Shown: one piece after another, positions 1 through 7,499 of the stretch
Layout of the letters: each line of letters begins with the position of its first letter
Numbering within the stretch: the stretch's first letter is position 1
Origin: Candidatus Iainarchaeum sp.
GTDB lineage: Archaea > Iainarchaeota > Iainarchaeia > Iainarchaeales > Iainarchaeaceae
Reading direction: 5' to 3'
Assembly: GCA_043812975.1 (NCBI GenBank)
Contig: JBDRLP010000037.1
Span: 1 to 14,356, forward strand
Length of the DNA stretch: 14,356 nt
Made by a program: the position numbers and the translations under genes
Notes under the pieces: generated by a model
Told to the model about the DNA's origin: nothing
Database searches by the model: none
The model's input: the letters and a program-made list of their open reading frames with translations, nothing else

Positions 1-263
1 AACATGTTTTTGTCGTGGATAAGGATATTGACATTTACAATGATGAAGAAGTAGAATGGGCAATGGCGACAAGGTTTCAAGCAAACAAGCGCATGGTAAT
101 AAAAGAAAAAGAAAAAGGCTCAAGTTTGGATCCAAGTGCAAAATCAGAAACTCATTTCACAACAAAAGCTGGTTTTGATTTAACAGCAAAACTTCACACA
201 AAAGGAAAAGACTTTGGAAAAGCAGAATTTCCAAAAGCAAATTTGAAAGATTATTTGGAGTGA
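1..263 (+). CDS. UbiD-family decarboxylase, C-terminal fragment; probable trans-anhydromevalonate 5-phosphate decarboxylase
   Basis: Frame is open from the window edge (HVFVVDKDIDIYN...VEWAMATRFQ...GSSLDPS...TTKAGFDLT), typical of the UbiD C-terminus. The specific function is inferred from adjacency to AcnX subunits and IPK. Confidence 0.88.
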   Translation, partial: HVFVVDKDIDIYNDEEVEWAMATRFQANKRMVIKEKEKGSSLDPSAKSETHFTTKAGFDLTAKLHTKGKDFGKAEFPKANLKDYLE

Positions 264-269
264 ATTTCG

Positions 270-1448
270 ATGCAACTAACAAACCAAGAACAGGAAATGC
301 TTGAAGGAAAGCACGGGAAAGCTGTAAAGAAAAGCATGGAAATTTTGACTGCTTTGGGAGATATTTACGGAGCAGAGAAATTATTGGATGTCACAAGCGT
401 GCAAATAGCAGGAGTGAGTTATGACAATCTCGGTGACGCAGGATTGGAGTTCCTTGCGGAAATGGCTGAAGACGGAAAAACAAGAGTACTTACAACTTTG
501 AATCCTGCTGGAATGGATATGGAAAACTGGCTGGCACTTGGAATTGAAAAGGAATTTGCGGAAAAACAGGGAAAAGTTATTGATGCATTCAAAGCAATGG
601 ATGTAATAACCACTTGTACATGCACTCCATATTTTATTGGAAATTCTCCGCGGTTTGGGGAACACATTGCATGGAGTGAATCAAGTGCTGTTGCATTTGG
701 AAACTCTATTTTAGGAGCAAAAACTAATAGAGAAGGCGGTCCCAGCGCGCTGGCTTCTGCTTTAACTGGAAAAACACCTGCTTACGGAATGCATTTGGAA
801 GAGAACAGACAGGCACAAGTAATTATCGATGTTAATGCAGAAATGAAAGATATTGTTGATTTTGGAGCGTTAGGAAAAATAATCGGGGACAAAATCAAAA
901 ACAAAATACCATTAATAAAAGGGATTAAGAAAAATGCATCAATCGAAGAATTGAAAAGTTTCTCGGCATCAATTGCAACTTACGGAGGGACTGCATTATA
1001 TCATATTGAAGGAATCACCCCGAACAAAACTTCTATTCCAAGTGAAAAAATTTCTGTAAGTCAGAAAGAAATCGATTATGCAAAAACGGAAATGAATGAT
1101 GACTCGGAAGTTGATTTAGTTTCAATTGGCTGTCCGCATTGTTCAATAAAAGAAATAAAACAACTTGCAAAATTGCTTGAAGGAAAAAAAGTGAAAAAAG
1201 AATTCTGGATTTGTGTGGCAAGACCGATTAAGAAAATTGCTGAACAAATGGGTTATGCAAAAACAATCGAGGAGTCAGGAGCAAAATTCGCGTGTGATAC
1301 TTGTATGGTTGTTGCTCCGATAAAAGGAAGATTCAAAGCACTTGCTACAAATTCAGCAAAATCAATTTACTATGCAAGAGCAAAAAACAAGTTCAAAACA
1401 ATTTACAAAAACCAGGACGAGTGTGTGGAAATAGCATTGAGAGAGTGA
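270..1448 (+). CDS. Aconitase X catalytic subunit (DUF521); phosphomevalonate dehydratase large subunit
   Basis: Motifs QIAGVSY, TTLNP, TCTCTPY, WSESSAV, NREGG, IGCPH and DTCMVV (Fe-S cysteine ligands). Directly upstream of the DUF126 subunit. Confidence 0.92.
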   Translation: MQLTNQEQEMLEGKHGKAVKKSMEILTALGDIYGAEKLLDVTSVQIAGVSYDNLGDAGLEFLAEMAEDGKTRVLTTLNPAGMDMENWLALGIEKEFAEKQGKVIDAFKAMDVITTCTCTPYFIGNSPRFGEHIAWSESSAVAFGNSILGAKTNREGGPSALASALTGKTPAYGMHLEENRQAQVIIDVNAEMKDIVDFGALGKIIGDKIKNKIPLIKGIKKNASIEELKSFSASIATYGGTALYHIEGITPNKTSIPSEKISVSQKEIDYAKTEMNDDSEVDLVSIGCPHCSIKEIKQLAKLLEGKKVKKEFWICVARPIKKIAEQMGYAKTIEESGAKFACDTCMVVAPIKGRFKALATNSAKSIYYARAKNKFKTIYKNQDECVEIALRE

Positions 1449-1453
1449 ATTTT

Positions 1454-1843
1454 ATGGAACTAAAAGGAAGAAAAATATTCAAAGGAAAAGTAAAAGGAGA
1501 AGCGTTAGTTACTAATGAAGGAATTTCCTTTTATGGCGGAGTTGACCCTGAAACAGGTAAAGTAGCAGAAGTAGGTCATCCTCTGGAAGGGCAGAGCATT
1601 GCAGGAAAAGTGCTTGTGTTCCCGCAGGGGAAAGGTTCTACTGTAGGAAGCTATGTTCTTTATAGATTGAAGAAAGCAGGAAAAGCCCCGTTAGCAATTG
1701 TGAATAAGGAATGTGAAACAATAGTGGCAGTAGGGGTAATTATTTCAGAAATACCTTGTGTTGATAAAATTGATATTGAAAAGATTCAGACAGGGAACCC
1801 AGTGGAAATTGACGCAGAAAATGGGGTTGTAAAGGTTCTGTAA
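1454..1843 (+). CDS. Aconitase X swivel subunit (DUF126); phosphomevalonate dehydratase small subunit
   Basis: MELKGRKI...GEALV...ISFYGGVDPETG...HPLEGQSIAGKVLVFPQGKGSTVGS. The ATG at 1454, 5 nt after the upstream stop, is preferred over the ORF-track start at 1301. Confidence 0.92.
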   Translation: MELKGRKIFKGKVKGEALVTNEGISFYGGVDPETGKVAEVGHPLEGQSIAGKVLVFPQGKGSTVGSYVLYRLKKAGKAPLAIVNKECETIVAVGVIISEIPCVDKIDIEKIQTGNPVEIDAENGVVKVL

Positions 1844-1869
1844 AACTATAAAAACAAAAAAGGAGTAAT

Positions 1870-2679
1870 ATGCAAATGCAATTATACATACTCAAGCTTG
1901 GAGGATCAGTAATAACTGATAAGAAATCAAACAAACTTATTGTAAAGAAAAGAAAGCTTGAAAAAATTGCTTCTGTTATTTCAAAAGTAATTAAGAAGAA
2001 AAAATTCAAATTAATAATTGTTCACGGAGCAGGGCCATTTGGGCATAAGATTGTTACTGATTACAAAATCAAAAACGGAGTAAAGACGCAAAAGCAAGTG
2101 AAAGGTTTTGTTAAAACCCGGAATTCAATGGAAACATTGGACAAAATCGTGGTTGAAACTCTTTTATCAAAAAATGTGAATGCGTTTGAGGTGCAGGCAT
2201 CTTCTTGTATTATTCAGAACAGAAAAAAAATCACAAAGTTTGACATAACAATAATTGAAAAACTCCTTGCAATGAACACTGTGCCTGTGATGTACGGAGA
2301 CATGGTTATTGATAATTCTCTTGGAGCTTCTGTTGTTAGCGGAGATGCAATAATATCTTATTTGGCAAAGAAACTCAACGCAAAAAAAATCTTTTTCGGA
2401 ACAGATGTAAAAGGAATTTATGATTCAAACCCGAAGAAAAACAAAAAAGCAAAACTAATTGAAAAAATAAACAATTCAAACATAAAAGAAATTCTCAAAA
2501 AAACTTCTCACTCTTCCTCAGTTGATGTTACAAGAGGGATGAAAGGAAAACTATTGGAAATAAAACAAAACATTAAAGGAAAACAAATTTATGTTTTCAA
2601 TTTGAACAAAGAAAAAAATCTAGAGTTACTACTTAATAGTAAAAAAATCGAGTGTACGAAAATTTATTTCAAAAAATAA
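1870..2679 (+). CDS. ipk: Isopentenyl phosphate kinase (amino-acid kinase family)
   Basis: LKLGGSVITDK, IVHGAGPFGH (IPK-type His), PVMYGD, SGD and DVTRGMKGKL motifs. AGGAG SD at 1861-1865. Mevalonate operon context. Confidence 0.9.
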   Translation: MQMQLYILKLGGSVITDKKSNKLIVKKRKLEKIASVISKVIKKKKFKLIIVHGAGPFGHKIVTDYKIKNGVKTQKQVKGFVKTRNSMETLDKIVVETLLSKNVNAFEVQASSCIIQNRKKITKFDITIIEKLLAMNTVPVMYGDMVIDNSLGASVVSGDAIISYLAKKLNAKKIFFGTDVKGIYDSNPKKNKKAKLIEKINNSNIKEILKKTSHSSSVDVTRGMKGKLLEIKQNIKGKQIYVFNLNKEKNLELLLNSKKIECTKIYFKK

Positions 2680-2680
2680 T

Positions 2681-3235
2681 TCATTCAAAAAAATTTTTCC
2701 CTTCAGAATCAGCTTGAACTATTTTTACAACTTCCTTGAACCACACAGGATACTTACCATAATCAAGTTCTTCCAAAACCTGTTTTGCTGGAACATTAAC
2801 AATTTCCCCTGTATGCTCTTTATTAGGATTAATTTCACCACTGTAAGAAATGAATGCTGCTAAACAAAATTCATTCTCACAAGAACCATCGCCATAATCT
2901 TTCTCATAAGAAAAACCTCCAAGCACTTTCATTTCAACATCTTCAGGAATCCCATATTCAACTCTTAAACAGCGTTTTCCTGCTTGTTCTTTTGTTTCTC
3001 CATTAAGCACATGTGTGGTTGGGCTATCTAATACGCCACCACCAACCTTCTTCAAAGGTCTTTCATGCAGAATAAGTTCATTATTAGCATTAAAAACCAG
3101 TACTTGAATTGCCAAGTGTTTGGTTCCCGGAGTGCCGTGTGCAGTTTTTCTGTCTAAAATTTTGCCATTAGGATTCCCATCAGAATCCACGAGAATCATT
3201 TTCTGATTTGGCTGGTCTTCTAAAGTTGCACTCAT
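2681..3235 (-). CDS. idi: Type-1 (Nudix-fold) isopentenyl-diphosphate isomerase-like protein
   Basis: ILVD...AH...HLAIQVLVFN...R...K...H...GE...FSY...ENEFC...PVWF matches the IDI-1 layout. Convergent on ipk. Start taken at ATG 3235 (MSATLED). The canonical SVCGH motif reads SPTTH here. Confidence 0.72.
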   Translation of the reverse strand: MSATLEDQPNQKMILVDSDGNPNGKILDRKTAHGTPGTKHLAIQVLVFNANNELILHERPLKKVGGGVLDSPTTHVLNGETKEQAGKRCLRVEYGIPEDVEMKVLGGFSYEKDYGDGSCENEFCLAAFISYSGEINPNKEHTGEIVNVPAKQVLEELDYGKYPVWFKEVVKIVQADSEGKNFFE

Positions 3236-3295
3236 AATAAAAAGAAAAAGCAAAAATAAAATAAACAAAACTAATGAAGTTTTCTACATAATTTT

Positions 3296-3766
3296 CTATT
3301 TGTATTTTTCATTCAACTTTTCCAAAGCAGTTGAAATTGATGTAACTGATTCTTCTACAGGCTTTCCGATATTATGCTGGAATCCTTTTACAATATCGTT
3401 TTTGTCTGCGGTTGGGTCATTTACAAAAGAAAGCTTTCCTTTGTTTCTTTCAACAAGGCCAACATCAATCAATCTTTTCAAGTGGTATCTTAAAAGTTTT
3501 TCATCAATTTTTTTCCCCTGTTCTTTTAAACGATCAAGCAATTCATAAGTTGTTGGAGAATATTTTTTTGAAACCTGAAAATAGAAAAAACCATCAAGAA
3601 TATCCAGGATAGTTGATCTGGATTCCTTTTCTGAGATTAAACCAAAAGAAAGAGCAAACCATCTAAGTAAGGAACGCTTGGTCATGGAGACTTCTGGCGG
3701 GAAATCCATTTTTCTGATTGTAAAAGATTTTCTTACATATTCTGCTTCCGGAAACCCATTACCCAT
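3296..3766 (-). CDS. Winged-helix (ArsR-like) putative transcription regulator
   Basis: PTTYELLDRL...IDEKLLRYHLKRLIDVGLVERNKG has the wHTH recognition helix and wing pattern. Confidence 0.65.
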   Translation of the reverse strand: MGNGFPEAEYVRKSFTIRKMDFPPEVSMTKRSLLRWFALSFGLISEKESRSTILDILDGFFYFQVSKKYSPTTYELLDRLKEQGKKIDEKLLRYHLKRLIDVGLVERNKGKLSFVNDPTADKNDIVKGFQHNIGKPVEESVTSISTALEKLNEKYK

Positions 3767-3914
3767 AATAACACCAATAATCTTTTAGAAAAACTAAAGC
3801 ATATTGTCATTATTAAGCTTTATTGGTTTGAAAACCAAAGCAAAAAATCAAATCTACATAATTAGCTGGTTTTAATAATTTTGAAGAAGTAATTGTTTTG
3901 GGGTGAATAATTAA

Positions 3915-4271
3915 ATGTTAAAAATCGATGCATCTTTTACGCCGTTCAGGCTTAACTTAAGAAGGAAGGAACCAGTTACTTTGAAATTGAATATCAGGAA
4001 CATGAATGATGAGGATGTTTTAATGTCTTACGAAGTTCTTGTTTCAAGAAGTCTCTCAATGGATAAGGGGGGCTTTAAAACAAGCGAAGCCAAAAGGTTT
4101 GGTAAAATGGAACCTGGTCAGATCGAGGAGAAATACTTTGATATTTATCCAAAAAGTATGACAAGAGACGGGACATATCCTATTGTAATCAAGGCAATGG
4201 AGCATTACAATACCTACAACTTTGTTGAAAAAGAATATAAGAAAAAGCTTGAGATTAAAGTTGAAGAATAG
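3915..4271 (+). CDS. Hypothetical protein, probable Ig-like beta-sandwich
   Basis: GGGGTG SD at 3900-3905. Beta-rich pattern VTLKLNIRN...MEPGQ...FDIYP...GTYPIVIKA resembles CARDB/NEW3-like domains. Confidence 0.6.
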   Translation: MLKIDASFTPFRLNLRRKEPVTLKLNIRNMNDEDVLMSYEVLVSRSLSMDKGGFKTSEAKRFGKMEPGQIEEKYFDIYPKSMTRDGTYPIVIKAMEHYNTYNFVEKEYKKKLEIKVEE

Positions 4272-4316
4272 GATTAGGTTTAAATAAAACAGAATCTTTT
4301 TTCTTGAAGGGTTTGT

Positions 4317-4745
4317 ATGGGTAGAATGCACAAAGTAGGCAAGGCAGATATTACGGATAAAACTTCCAGAGAGCTTCTAAGAGGTGCTGGTGAATTAGGT
4401 TTCAATCGTGCGAGTGAGAAGGATACTTTGCGAAAACCTAATTCAAGAAGACCCCTAAAAACCAAACCAAGGCAGCAGTTGAGTTCGGCTCATGCTGATG
4501 TTTATGGAGTTCATGCTATAGGTGCTGGGAGAAAAAAAGTTGTTGTTACTGGAACAATAGGCAAGCCAATTAAACTTACTGTCAGAAGCGTTTTTGGTTC
4601 AAGACCTCCACAAAATGCAAAGGAATATGTTGAGTATCTGAATTTAGGGTTAAATAGCAATAGCAGAGGTCCGCCTCTTACTTTTAGGCAATTTAAAGAA
4701 AAAAGATTACAGTCGGTTAGAAGAAAAAGAAAAAGAGCAGCTTGA
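4317..4745 (+). CDS. Hypothetical Arg/Lys-rich protein
   Basis: 142-aa ORF filling the gap on the same strand as its neighbours. Very basic, with no recognisable domain. Confidence 0.55.
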   Translation: MGRMHKVGKADITDKTSRELLRGAGELGFNRASEKDTLRKPNSRRPLKTKPRQQLSSAHADVYGVHAIGAGRKKVVVTGTIGKPIKLTVRSVFGSRPPQNAKEYVEYLNLGLNSNSRGPPLTFRQFKEKRLQSVRRKRKRAA

Positions 4746-4810
4746 AAACTTGGTTGAAAATAAATTTATTCCCCAAAACAAATATTAATGATCAAGAACT
4801 TGAATTTATA

Positions 4811-5335
4811 ATGAAAGTAGCTCGAATTAGCCGAAGAACTTTTTTAAGAGCCAGTGCTATCGGTGCTGGTGCAGCTTCAATGGGCTCCGTTCCTAGAAGA
4901 AAAAGAACTCTTGCGGATAGGGTTCTTGAGAGGGAAAAAGAACTGAGAAGGAAAAAAATGGAGCCCGAACTGGTTGAGAATATCAAAACAAGAATGATTT
5001 TGATTTTAATTGATAGTAAGGTTTCAGAACAGTTGCAAAAAGAACTACGTGTATTGGTTGATGCAAAGAATTTTGACAAGGCAAAAACAAAACATAAAAA
5101 AGATTTATTTGCCGCAATCAGGAAAGGTCTGTTGGAAAATTCTCTTCAGGAAGTTTCCAAGCTTGAGTGTGGAGTTATTTTAATGGAATATATGGCTGAA
5201 GGGGAAAAAGCTATTGAAAGCAGAGGTGAAGTTGTATCGGAACGGTTGAAAAACATAAGTCAATTTTTGGAATCACTTAGAAACCCAGCATATGATCTTC
5301 TTTACACTAAAATTGATAGAACGCAAAGTAACTAA
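4811..5335 (+). CDS. Hypothetical helical protein with N-terminal twin-arginine-like motif
   Basis: ATG 4811 gives MKVARISRRTFLRASAIGAGAAS. The ORF-track TTG start at 4742 is probably an extension. Confidence 0.6.
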   Translation: MKVARISRRTFLRASAIGAGAASMGSVPRRKRTLADRVLEREKELRRKKMEPELVENIKTRMILILIDSKVSEQLQKELRVLVDAKNFDKAKTKHKKDLFAAIRKGLLENSLQEVSKLECGVILMEYMAEGEKAIESRGEVVSERLKNISQFLESLRNPAYDLLYTKIDRTQSN

Positions 5336-5351
5336 ACCAATCTCTAAAGTA

Positions 5352-5376
5352 GTTATGTATTGAAATGCTACATAAC
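5352..5376. promoter_or_regulatory. Intergenic palindrome GTTATGTA-N9-TACATAAC
   Basis: Perfect 8-bp inverted repeat (5352-5359 / 5369-5376) upstream of the cyclophilin-like gene. Function unknown. Confidence 0.45.
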
Positions 5377-5412
5377 ATAATTATATTTAACCACTTCAGT
5401 CCATATCTAACC

Positions 5413-5832
5413 ATGCCTCAAAAGCAGCCCCTGAAATATCACAGGTTGAAGTTTTCTTTGCCTAAATTCAGTTTTTATGCTAAATTACTGCCTTCTAAGA
5501 ACTCGGAATTAGTGCACGAATTGTTGGACAACTTACCAATTACAGGTTACGCAGAACGCTGGGGCGAGGAGATTTATTTCACAATCGATGCTTTGTTGGC
5601 TATATCAAACCCCATTGAAACCAAATCTGTTGGTGTTGGGGATATTGCTTTTTGGGTTCCTGGTTCTGCTATTGCTATTTTTTTCGGGTCTACGCCTATG
5701 AGTAAGGGGAGTAAACCTGTGCCTGCTTCGGCTGTTGGAATCTTTGCTCGTATTGATGGTTTGAAAGCTATCTTAGAAGATCTGAGGCACGTTAAGCACA
5801 TGGATAAGATTGTGGTTTCTGGTGCAAAATAA
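5413..5832 (+). CDS. Cyclophilin-like fold protein (TM1367/DUF369 family)
   Basis: LLDNLPITG-AERWGEEIYF...VGVGDIAFWVPGSAIAIFFGSTPMS...PVPASAVGIFARI is characteristic of the family. ATG 5413 preferred as start. Confidence 0.85.
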   Translation: MPQKQPLKYHRLKFSLPKFSFYAKLLPSKNSELVHELLDNLPITGYAERWGEEIYFTIDALLAISNPIETKSVGVGDIAFWVPGSAIAIFFGSTPMSKGSKPVPASAVGIFARIDGLKAILEDLRHVKHMDKIVVSGAK

Positions 5833-5847
5833 TCTAAAATTAGATTA
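5830..5847. terminator. AT-rich palindrome between convergent genes
   Basis: TAATCTAA-AA-TTAGATTA, a perfect 8-bp inverted repeat overlapping the cyclophilin-like stop. A terminator role is inferred from position only. Confidence 0.3.
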
Positions 5848-5861
5848 ACTTATACATAACT

Positions 5862-6005
5862 TCATTTTTCTATTTTACCTTTTACTTTGGCGCTAACTTC
5901 ATTCCCTTCTCTGTCCCATCCACGGACTTCTACGAGGCGGGTTCTTGAGAGTTTTCTCAAGTGCTGACCTATTCTATGCCTTATATTGCGTATACGCATT
6001 ACCAT
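5862..6005 (-). CDS. Small basic hypothetical protein (47 aa)
   Basis: MVMRIRNIRHRIGQHLRKLSRTRLVEVRGWDREGNEVSAKVKGKIEK. Start is uncertain because the frame extends to 6140. Confidence 0.4.
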   Translation of the reverse strand: MVMRIRNIRHRIGQHLRKLSRTRLVEVRGWDREGNEVSAKVKGKIEK

Positions 6006-6092
6006 ACGGACTTTACGCTCTGATTCTATAAAAATCTGTGTTATATTTTGTTGGCAAAAAAGTTCAATTAGTTCAAATTCCCCTTCGTAATT

Positions 6093-6120
6093 TTGCCGTA
6101 TAAGAGAGCTTGTGCCGAGT
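6093..6120 (+). other. dif/pdif-like 28-bp site
   Basis: TTGCCGTATAA-GAGAGC-TTGTGCCGAGT has 11-6-11 geometry with a CGTATAA-ended left arm. The left arm matches the TTGTCCTAAAA repeat core at 8/11. Confidence 0.4.
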
Positions 6121-6161
6121 TTCAGTATAACTATGTGCATGCCGTATTCCGATAAGAATAG

Positions 6162-6503
6162 GATTACCGGTACTACAGGGGTGTTTTAAGCCATATTAGG
6201 GCTTTTGAGCCGTCTGAGGGCCAATTATTTTCTCTCTGTGGTTCCGCTATATTTCTCTTTTCTGGAGAATCTAATGAGTCAGAAGAGGTTATCCCGAATT
6301 TAAATGTTGTTTTTGAGTTAGGGGCGGCAAGTGTGTTGTATGGTGACAAGGTTATCTTATTCAAAGAACAAGGATTGAATCTCCCAAGTGACTTTAGTGA
6401 TTTAGGTTATATTTCTTTTGAAAAGGGAAACTTAGAGGCTAAGACGTTAGATTTATTTAAGGAATTAATTTCAATGGGATTTGTCAAGGTAATGCCTGTT
6501 TAA
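6162..6503 (+). pseudogene. 5'-truncated TIR-like nucleotide-binding domain (CAP12/Pycsar TIR, PF10137-like)
   Basis: Manual translation of a frame not in the ORF track: ...CGSAIFLFSGESNESEEVIPNLNVVFELGAASVLYGDKVILFKEQGLNLPSDFSDLGYISFEKGNLEAKTLDLFKELISMGFVKVMPV*. The NVxFELG and LPSD motifs are present. There is an in-frame TAG at 6159 and no ATG upstream of the domain. Confidence 0.75.
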
Positions 6504-6562
6504 TCAATTTTGTGTGTGTCCGTATAGTATTAACAATTATCCAAAAACCCTTCTTGCAAAGA

Positions 6563-6603
6563 AAGCGTGGCCGTTCCTTTAAATTTTGTCCTAATATTCG
6601 TGC
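6563..6603 (+). repeat. Boundary repeat copy 1 (long form)
   Basis: AAGCGTGGCCGTTCCTTTAAATTTTGTCCTAATATTCGTGC, 36/41 identical to 8400-8439. Confidence 0.85.
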
Positions 6604-6677
6604 TTTTGTAATAACTATATTTTTATACTTGCTTAAACATTAATTGAGTATAAATTTGATTAATTTGTGTGATTATT

Positions 6678-6839
6678 ATGGCTAAACCTATTAGAGCAAC
6701 TCCAACTCTTGTTGGGCAGGAAGCGGTTGAATTTGTTAATACCATGGTACGTAGAGAACGCAGTTCTCGTCTTACTAATTCTGATAAAGAATTAATTAAT
6801 GTAATTCATAAAAATAAGAAATTATTTAGTAGTATTTAG
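6678..6839 (+). CDS. Small protein (53 aa), putative antitoxin partner of the GNAT
   Basis: MAKPIRATPTLVGQEAVEFVNTMVRRERSSRLTNSDKELINVIHKNKKLFSSI*. The MAKPI-x-xTPxL-G-EA-xF N-terminus resembles small proteins I recall next to archaeal GNAT genes. Its stop overlaps the GNAT stop by 4 bp. Confidence 0.65.
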   Translation: MAKPIRATPTLVGQEAVEFVNTMVRRERSSRLTNSDKELINVIHKNKKLFSSI

Positions 6840-7408
6840 GCTGTTTCTTCTTCCTTGATAATAGTTATCAAATCTCGACACATGTGAATTGTATTTGTTT
6901 TTTCTTTCGTTTTAAGCACATCAAAACCTATTTTTTTGTAAAATCTCAATGGTTTTATGCGGTCAGGAATTTTTTCATCATTTTTAGAATCGAGTGTGAT
7001 AAATCTACATGCTGATTTTTCATTGATTAACAGTGCTTTTCTAATGGCAAAAGCAACCATCTTTGTTCCAAGTCCTTTTCTAGTGTATTCTTTTCTGACT
7101 CCCATTCTGCAAATTTTTAAAGCAGGTAAAGCGCGATATTTTATTCTCAATTCAGCCATCTGTTCTTTTCTTGTTTTATCCAAGCTAATCGCATCCGCAC
7201 AAATGGTTATGTAACTAAGTAGTTTTTTCTCCTTTCTTGACATCCAGAGAAAAGTGCGATTAATAGATTGTTTCATTTGGTATAAAGCATCTTCTTTCAG
7301 AAAATCTTCCAGCTCTTTTATGTCACACTCAAAGTTGTCAATAAATTTGCTAGTGGAATCTCCCAATTCAATAATTTCAATATCTTTTGAGGGGTATTCT
7401 TGTTCCAT
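6836..7408 (-). CDS. GNAT acetyltransferase, AtaT/TacT toxin-like
   Basis: FECDIKELEDFLKEDA...YITI...PALKICRMGVRKEYTRKGLG (acetyl-CoA motif A)...ACRFITLDS...FYKKIGF. Confidence 0.85.
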   Translation of the reverse strand: MEQEYPSKDIEIIELGDSTSKFIDNFECDIKELEDFLKEDALYQMKQSINRTFLWMSRKEKKLLSYITICADAISLDKTRKEQMAELRIKYRALPALKICRMGVRKEYTRKGLGTKMVAFAIRKALLINEKSACRFITLDSKNDEKIPDRIKPLRFYKKIGFDVLKTKEKTNTIHMCRDLITIIKEEETA

Positions 7409-7499
7409 TCTAAAACTAAGTTCAAATTTGTTTTAAATCCTTTTCAATTAGTTTTGAATCTAGGATTAAGTTAATTAAGTGCGGATTCATTATTTTTTT

